Part shown: in pieces, positions 58,527 through 64,000 of the stretch
Layout of the letters: each line of letters opens with the position of its first letter
Position numbering within the stretch: the stretch's first letter is position 1
NCBI GenBank assembly: GCA_030586555.1
Contig: JAURAC010000010.1
Location: forward strand, 8,730 to 72,729
DNA from: Candidatus Subterrananammoxibius californiae
Lineage (GTDB): Bacteria > Planctomycetota > Brocadiia > Brocadiales > Subterrananammoxibiaceae
DNA: 64,000 nucleotides
Direction: 5' to 3'
Program-made: the position numbers and the translations under genes
Notes under the pieces: generated by a model
The model's input: the letters and a program-made list of their open reading frames with translations, nothing else
Database searches by the model: none
What the model was told of the DNA's origin: nothing

Positions 58527-60095
58527 ATGCCATTAACTAACGAGGACAAAGAAAACATTTATAGTGACTTACTACTTGCCGTAACATCTCCACTTTTCGT
58601 GGATATTTGTAACGCTTTATTTATTGATGCTGGTAATTCTAAACAGAGGCTTCATCAGGAAGAAAAGCCAGACCGTAAGATGGAGATTACTAAAAAGTTC
58701 TTATCTGAAAATGCCAAAAAATTTACCAAGCATTTAGAGATAAATGAATGCCGTAATATTCTAAATTTAGCTGAAGGGCATTTCAAAGAACGGATCAAGG
58801 GTCAAGATGAGCTTTTGCATATGCTACTGATTGCCCTAATCTTAAATGAGCATGCCCTTCTCGAGGGTCTTCCTGGTGTAGGAAAAACCGAGATTGTTAA
58901 ATGGATTGCTTACGTAACTGGTTTACCATCCAGCCGTGTGCAGTTCATTCCAGATATGCTTCCTTCAGATTTGATTGGAAAGGACCGGGTTGTCCTTGAG
59001 CGCATTCTACCAGGAGAGCAAGGAATTAAAGATAATAATGTTAGAGGGGCTGTTGAATGGGTAAATGGTCCCATTTTTTCAAGTTTGGTTCTGGCTGATG
59101 AGATTAATCGTGCTCCATCTAAAGTCCAGGCTGCACTTCTTGAAGCCATGGGAGAGAATCAGGTTACGCCCTTTGGCAAGAGTGCAAGACCGATTTATAG
59201 TAATATACATGCGGCTACATTGAAAATATGGCAGGAAACTTACAGGGGAAAAGGGCTTTTCGACATGCCATCAATACCATTTAAACGTAGGGACCTTGCT
59301 CAATTTACAGTTTTTGCAACGATGAATCCAATCGAGATAGAAGGAACATATCCCCTCTCTGAGGCACAAATCGATAGATTTTGCTTCAAAATCGCTGTGC
59401 CATATCCAGACCGTAATCATTATAAAGAGATATCAGAGATTATACTTAAGCAGAAAAGGCAAATCGATGCTATTGAAGGTAAGCTACCCATAGAGAAATA
59501 TGAGGAGTTCTTTAACAGTAATAAGGAGTTTATGATACCAATATTGGCTCCAACTTACTTCTTCCTGAGGTGTCGCTCGTATATAATTCCAGTGTTTATG
59601 GGTGAGCAATTGTTAAAAGGCGAAACACTTTATGAAAGGTTTCATGAAAAAGAAGAAATTCTTAATAGTCTTTATGATATCGTGATGATGACAAATGCAA
59701 AAACTGTCAGTACAGAATTTTCCGGTTCCAGGCTTTCACAGTATGATACAGAGCAGATCAATATACGTCGTTTTATAGAGGATCTGAAGGATAAAAAGGA
59801 TAAAAAAGAAGACGAACGACATAAAAAACTGAGGGAGGCGTTGAAATTACCACACTGTCAGTATGTTCTTGCGGGGGCAAGTCCACGTGGTTTAGCGAGT
59901 TTGGAGAAGGCTGCACTTTGTGAATCCTTTCTTAAAGGCAGTGAGTCTTTGGAAACACGCCATATCCTTGCTGTTATTAAGAGTGTTCTACAACATCGCA
60001 TTCACATGGATGTACATGCCAGACTTGCGGAGGTTACATCCCTGGATGTTATTAATAATGTATGTAATGTTATGCAGGAGGAAGATCGATGTTAG
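58527..60095 (+). CDS. MoxR-family AAA+ ATPase
   Basis: HALLEGLPGVGKT, RVQFIPDMLPSDLIG, LADEINRAPSKVQAALLEAM, ATMNPIEIEGTYPLSEAQIDRF, GASPRG. Confidence 0.95.
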   Translation: MPLTNEDKENIYSDLLLAVTSPLFVDICNALFIDAGNSKQRLHQEEKPDRKMEITKKFLSENAKKFTKHLEINECRNILNLAEGHFKERIKGQDELLHMLLIALILNEHALLEGLPGVGKTEIVKWIAYVTGLPSSRVQFIPDMLPSDLIGKDRVVLERILPGEQGIKDNNVRGAVEWVNGPIFSSLVLADEINRAPSKVQAALLEAMGENQVTPFGKSARPIYSNIHAATLKIWQETYRGKGLFDMPSIPFKRRDLAQFTVFATMNPIEIEGTYPLSEAQIDRFCFKIAVPYPDRNHYKEISEIILKQKRQIDAIEGKLPIEKYEEFFNSNKEFMIPILAPTYFFLRCRSYIIPVFMGEQLLKGETLYERFHEKEEILNSLYDIVMMTNAKTVSTEFSGSRLSQYDTEQINIRRFIEDLKDKKDKKEDERHKKLREALKLPHCQYVLAGASPRGLASLEKAALCESFLKGSESLETRHILAVIKSVLQHRIHMDVHARLAEVTSLDVINNVCNVMQEEDRC

Positions 60096-61204
60096 GTTCC
60101 CATAAGGCTCAGATAGTTAATCGTGATTTGCTTAGGCGAATGAATCGACAGATTTCACTACGAGCTACGCAATTCGCCAATACCCTTCTTTCTGGGGTGT
60201 TTCGAGCCATATTCCGCATAGAAAAGGCCTATGAATCTGCCGAGCCTGAAACTTTTCAACTCGATGACGATCCAGAAAGGATTGTATGGTCACGTCTGAA
60301 CGATTATCAGTTGTCTCATCTGGCAATTTCCATTGCCAATGAAGATGTGGTAGCCAGACGGTTTCAATTATTTACAGAATACGACTTTGTGCTTGTAATC
60401 GATGTGAGTCGTTCTATGCTGGTAAACTGTTGGAGCATTTATGGTGGAAGACCTCATTCAGATCAAACGAGAGAAATGGAGGAAAGTTTGGAATCCCTAC
60501 GAAAGACAAAAATTTATATGATGAAATATGCATCAGCCTCGTTTCTCCATGCTGCCCGTAACAATAAATTTACGTCATGGGTGACCCTTTTGGGAGGAGA
60601 CAGGATACAAGAGTTTAACTCAAGGGATAACTATAATCTGGAAGAATTCATACTACATAGGCTTGATGAGCATTTTGGACGTTTGGTAGATAGTGGTCAG
60701 ACCGAAAAACCAATGCTTGATAAAGCACTTCAACAAATAGCAAGGAAGAAGCGCCGTTGCATTATCCTGTGTATATCGGACTTTATGGACTGCGTAGAAT
60801 TTGCTACTGAAAAGAAAGTTATTGGGAAAAAAATAAGACGACAAACACCACCAAGGTTGAGTCTTCAGGACGTTTTGTTACCATTAGGCGAGCTTGCCAA
60901 TCAACATCGCATCCTGGTGCTTTTCATAAATGATTGGGCTGAATTAACGCATTACGAGACGGACTTTGAAACATTCAGCCAGCAATCCGCCCTTCAAGAT
61001 GTTGAGACACAGCAAACAAATAGAAAAATTACTATAACGCGCAACACAGCCAGATGTATTGTTGATAATGTTAATAACTTGCACAATAGTTTAACCGAGA
61101 GATTTCGAAGGTTCGGAGTTATGTATGAGCACTTGGTAGCTGGCAGAGATGATAATGTGCTTGATAAAAAAATATATAGACTTGGCATAGTAACGGGAGG
61201 TTAA
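60089..61204 (+). CDS. DUF58/vWA-like MoxR partner protein
   Basis: DDPERIVW, LVIDVSRSM MIDAS motif, CISDF; directly after moxR. Confidence 0.85.
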   Translation: MLGSHKAQIVNRDLLRRMNRQISLRATQFANTLLSGVFRAIFRIEKAYESAEPETFQLDDDPERIVWSRLNDYQLSHLAISIANEDVVARRFQLFTEYDFVLVIDVSRSMLVNCWSIYGGRPHSDQTREMEESLESLRKTKIYMMKYASASFLHAARNNKFTSWVTLLGGDRIQEFNSRDNYNLEEFILHRLDEHFGRLVDSGQTEKPMLDKALQQIARKKRRCIILCISDFMDCVEFATEKKVIGKKIRRQTPPRLSLQDVLLPLGELANQHRILVLFINDWAELTHYETDFETFSQQSALQDVETQQTNRKITITRNTARCIVDNVNNLHNSLTERFRRFGVMYEHLVAGRDDNVLDKKIYRLGIVTGG

Positions 61205-61206
61205 TT

Positions 61207-63099
61207 ATGTTAAAAATCGTTAATGAAGCAAGCTTCCTTAACTATATATTTCAAAAAGATGCCGACAAAAAATATATAATTAAGGGAATGAAACCTGGGC
61301 CGGGTGGTAATGGAATCGTACTGTGTCTAAGAACAGAAGATAGTTCAGTAGAAATTCTTAAATCACTTGGAGAAATGGTGAGAGATGGTAATTGGACGAT
61401 AAGGAAACATAATGAGGGTCAAAAAGAGAACAAAAAGCTCAGAGAATTCCTGGAGGGTATTTACGAGGGACTAAAAAGTGAGTTGAAACGGCGTGATGTA
61501 AAGGTTTTAGATTTACTACTTACTAAAAACAAAGAAAAGATAGAAAAATTCCCCCGGCTTGTAGATTGGCTGAAACCTCAAGTATTATGGGACTTTACTG
61601 ATGATACTGCCATTAAAGATATAGATATAATGACAAAACTTCAAGTATGGCTGGAAGAAGATAAGAAAACGTGGGAACCTATACGTAATAAAGAAAAGTC
61701 ATTACCGTTTAAAAAAGTAAAACCAGTCGGGATGAGGAGAGGGTTCCTGGACAACTTACATGATGCGCACCAACATGCCCAGGGGAGGGTAACTGACACT
61801 GGTAAGGTAAAATTTGCACCATATCTTGCTTATGCTCTTAATCAATACTGGACCACTCATATACAGAAACTTGTCAAGAAATGCAATTATGTATCAATAG
61901 AGAGTTCCATTATCTTAGAAGGTTCAGGAACTGAGAAATGGAAACATGGACTGCTGCATTGGTTCCGCTCCTTGAAAAATATTATCTTAAAAGGGTCAAG
62001 AACTGAGAAATGGGAACTGCATTCTAAGAACCACTCTGGGAGCGCTGAACTGATATTGTATTTCAAGGCTCCAGAATATCCCTACCATCATAATAAAGGC
62101 TATAAAGCAGAAATAAGTATAGTAGCTCAAAGTAACGAAACGAATTTTAGTCTTGTAGAACAATTATTAGGATCGGAAAAAATTTTCAGTAAAAAGTTAA
62201 ATGACGTATGCTATGCGTTATCGGAATATTTTAAAGATAATGGTATGCATGTTTTCCCCTATGGAGAACTTTATTTCAAGGACTATGAGGATCTAAAAAA
62301 ATGGATTGACAATCTGGAGAATCCAGTACCTGAAAAGGCAATTCAGGCACTTGGTCGATGGACCTCACGGGGTAGCATTAATTGCTTAAATGCTGACAAA
62401 GCTAAAAAGGTTAGAACATTACTTGCTGAGAAGCTTGAGGAATTTGTTATAGATGATAGGAAAGAGGTTAAGGTCGAACCTATAAAACGTCCTGAAAGGT
62501 CGTGCCAGAAAGAACCCAAAAAATTTTGGTTGAAATTCATTATAGGCGCTATAATAATCGCTGTAATAGCCACTGCCGTGTTTTTTGGGAAGTCTTATAT
62601 TAAGCAAGTAAAAGACATTACAGTAAATAAAATTCAAGAATATCAAATAAATAATATCCCAAATGGAGACAAAGGTTCAACAAAGGAAAATAATCAAGAA
62701 ATAAACAATCGTACCCAGATAAAGTACCATGATGGCAGTTATGTTGGAGAGCTTAGTAATGACAAGAGAAATGGTAATGGAACGATGGAATATACTAATG
62801 GCGACAGATATGTTGGGAACTGGAGCGATGACAAAAGGTATGGTAATGGCACTTATACATGGGTGCATGGCAACAAATATATAGGAGGGTGGAACGATGG
62901 TCAGATGCATGGCGTTGGCATTGTTATCTATTCTAATGGTGAAAAATATTTTGTGAAGTGCAATAATGGCGAATTTATAGGGCAATGGAAACTAAAACCG
63001 CCTTTTATCAAGGGCTTATCAGATGAAGACCTGTTAAATAAAGTAATTGTTTTAGACAGTCAAGGAAATCTTAATGATGCAATTGAGAAAGAGGATTAA
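61207..63099 (+). CDS. Single-pass membrane protein with C-terminal MORN repeats
   Basis: TM FIIGAIIIAVIATAVFF; YVGELSNDKRNGNGTMEYTNGDRYVGNWSDDKRYGNGTYTW. Confidence 0.85.
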   Translation: MLKIVNEASFLNYIFQKDADKKYIIKGMKPGPGGNGIVLCLRTEDSSVEILKSLGEMVRDGNWTIRKHNEGQKENKKLREFLEGIYEGLKSELKRRDVKVLDLLLTKNKEKIEKFPRLVDWLKPQVLWDFTDDTAIKDIDIMTKLQVWLEEDKKTWEPIRNKEKSLPFKKVKPVGMRRGFLDNLHDAHQHAQGRVTDTGKVKFAPYLAYALNQYWTTHIQKLVKKCNYVSIESSIILEGSGTEKWKHGLLHWFRSLKNIILKGSRTEKWELHSKNHSGSAELILYFKAPEYPYHHNKGYKAEISIVAQSNETNFSLVEQLLGSEKIFSKKLNDVCYALSEYFKDNGMHVFPYGELYFKDYEDLKKWIDNLENPVPEKAIQALGRWTSRGSINCLNADKAKKVRTLLAEKLEEFVIDDRKEVKVEPIKRPERSCQKEPKKFWLKFIIGAIIIAVIATAVFFGKSYIKQVKDITVNKIQEYQINNIPNGDKGSTKENNQEINNRTQIKYHDGSYVGELSNDKRNGNGTMEYTNGDRYVGNWSDDKRYGNGTYTWVHGNKYIGGWNDGQMHGVGIVIYSNGEKYFVKCNNGEFIGQWKLKPPFIKGLSDEDLLNKVIVLDSQGNLNDAIEKED

Positions 63100-63166
63100 C
63101 TTTTAGTAATAAACCTCAAATACTTGTTGTATTTGCTAAGTCATAGTTTGGAATAAAAGAGAATAA

Positions 63167-64000
63167 ATGAAAATAAAGTGTAAGCATCCTCTAATATTAC
63201 ATTTAATACTAATCATCAGCACTATAATCCTCATACAAGAATTTATTATCCTTTTTAATTTACAAGCAGATACCCCAAAAATTGTTGACAAACCTGGAGC
63301 CGAACAACCATCCATAGATTCTCCTGCTTCTGAACCTTCCGAAATAAAATCGGACACATTACCTGATATAATACCTGTTAGATTTGAAACGGAAGCAAAA
63401 GGAGCACGGATAGAAATAGATAATAAAGGTTATGGATTAACTCCAAAGACTATTCTACTTAAAGAGGGACAGCATAAAGTTAGAATTAGTATGGAAGGAT
63501 ATGAATCCGTTAATGTGACTATTGATACAAGAAATAGTAATGAAAGGAAATGTTCCTATAAATTACAGTCAAAATCAGCACCCCTTGCAGAGTTGTCAGA
63601 ACCTCATGATGTTACAACCACTACAGCAACGTATAGCATGACAACCACTACAACTACAACTACAACAACAACAACAAGTAGTACGACTACCACTACAACT
63701 ACCAGCACGACTACTACAACCACAAAGACAACGACTTCTTCAACTACTACAACGACATTACCACCCCGTACCTGCTTACCCACACTGATTGGCAGTTATG
63801 ATACACCAGATTATGCACTTGGCGTCTATGTCTCAGGCACGACTGCATATGTGGCTGATGGGTATAGTGGTCTTCAGATAATAAACGTCTCTAACCCTGC
63901 TACCCTCGTCCGGCTTGGCAGTTATGATACGCCAGGTTTTGCAAGTGGCGTCTATGTCTCAGGTACGACTGCATATGTGGCTGATGGGCTTAGTGGTCTT
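63167..64000 (+). CDS. Exported PEGA domain, Thr-rich linker and LVIVD-repeat protein; runs off the window edge
   Basis: Manual translation from ATG 63167: [15 protein letters not shown]...[12 protein letters not shown]; poly-Thr; [36 protein letters not shown] repeated. Confidence 0.88.
   Translation, partial: MKIKCKHPLILHLILIISTIILIQEFIILFNLQADTPKIVDKPGAEQPSIDSPASEPSEIKSDTLPDIIPVRFETEAKGARIEIDNKGYGLTPKTILLKEGQHKVRISMEGYESVNVTIDTRNSNERKCSYKLQSKSAPLAELSEPHDVTTTTATYSMTTTTTTTTTTTTSSTTTTTTTSTTTTTTKTTTSSTTTTTLPPRTCLPTLIGSYDTPDYALGVYVSGTTAYVADGYSGLQIINVSNPATLVRLGSYDTPGFASGVYVSGTTAYVADGLSGL

Larger units (their letters stand above)
32271..64000. mobile_element. Probable genomic island integrated at tRNA-His; right end outside the window
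   Basis: Begins at the tRNA 3' end; ATGGACACCA direct repeat at 32424-32444; host palindrome families disappear; orphan genes and an IS; no integrase seen. Confidence 0.6.

Noticed and set aside
39223..64000. T6SS, Tc toxin, contractile injection system or prophage
   Set aside because: No VgrG, PAAR, Hcp, sheath, baseplate, TcA/TcB, terminase or capsid motifs recognised

Overview
Bacterial chromosomal window in two parts. Gene content suggests an anaerobe, possibly Planctomycetota/Brocadiia-like; this is an inference and is not demonstrated. Part one (1 to ~32.3 kb) is core-like DNA dense in short palindromic REP-like repeats. It carries a PIN/Phd toxin-antitoxin pair, dapB, a rhomboid protease and a TatC-FecR fusion. 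It also carries a ~15.6-kb minus-strand gas vesicle cluster (gvpA, gvpC-like, gvpN, two gvpF/L, gvpG, gvpO, two gvpJ-type, gvpK) with an embedded CDC48 ATPase, a two-domain ArsA/GET3 ATPase, three Hsp20-type proteins, a DnaJ-type Zn finger and a sigma54-type promoter. A ThiC-family gene, a B12-radical SAM gene and an O-methyltransferase together resemble a bza (cobamide lower-ligand) locus. tRNA-Leu, priA and tRNA-His follow. Part two (after tRNA-His) is a probable genomic island lacking those repeats. It holds a two-component system, an IS3 element with a 4-bp target duplication, and a >27-kb co-directional run of large, mostly exported, unknown proteins. These include a YD/RHS protein with PLA2-like and DUF1598-like inserts, a protein with two catalytically dead Hint-like domains, an ACP/cold-shock mosaic, a vWA-like membrane protein, a MoxR ATPase, a DUF58/vWA protein, a MORN protein and a PEGA-LVIVD protein. 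All domain calls are by eye from motifs; no searches were run.
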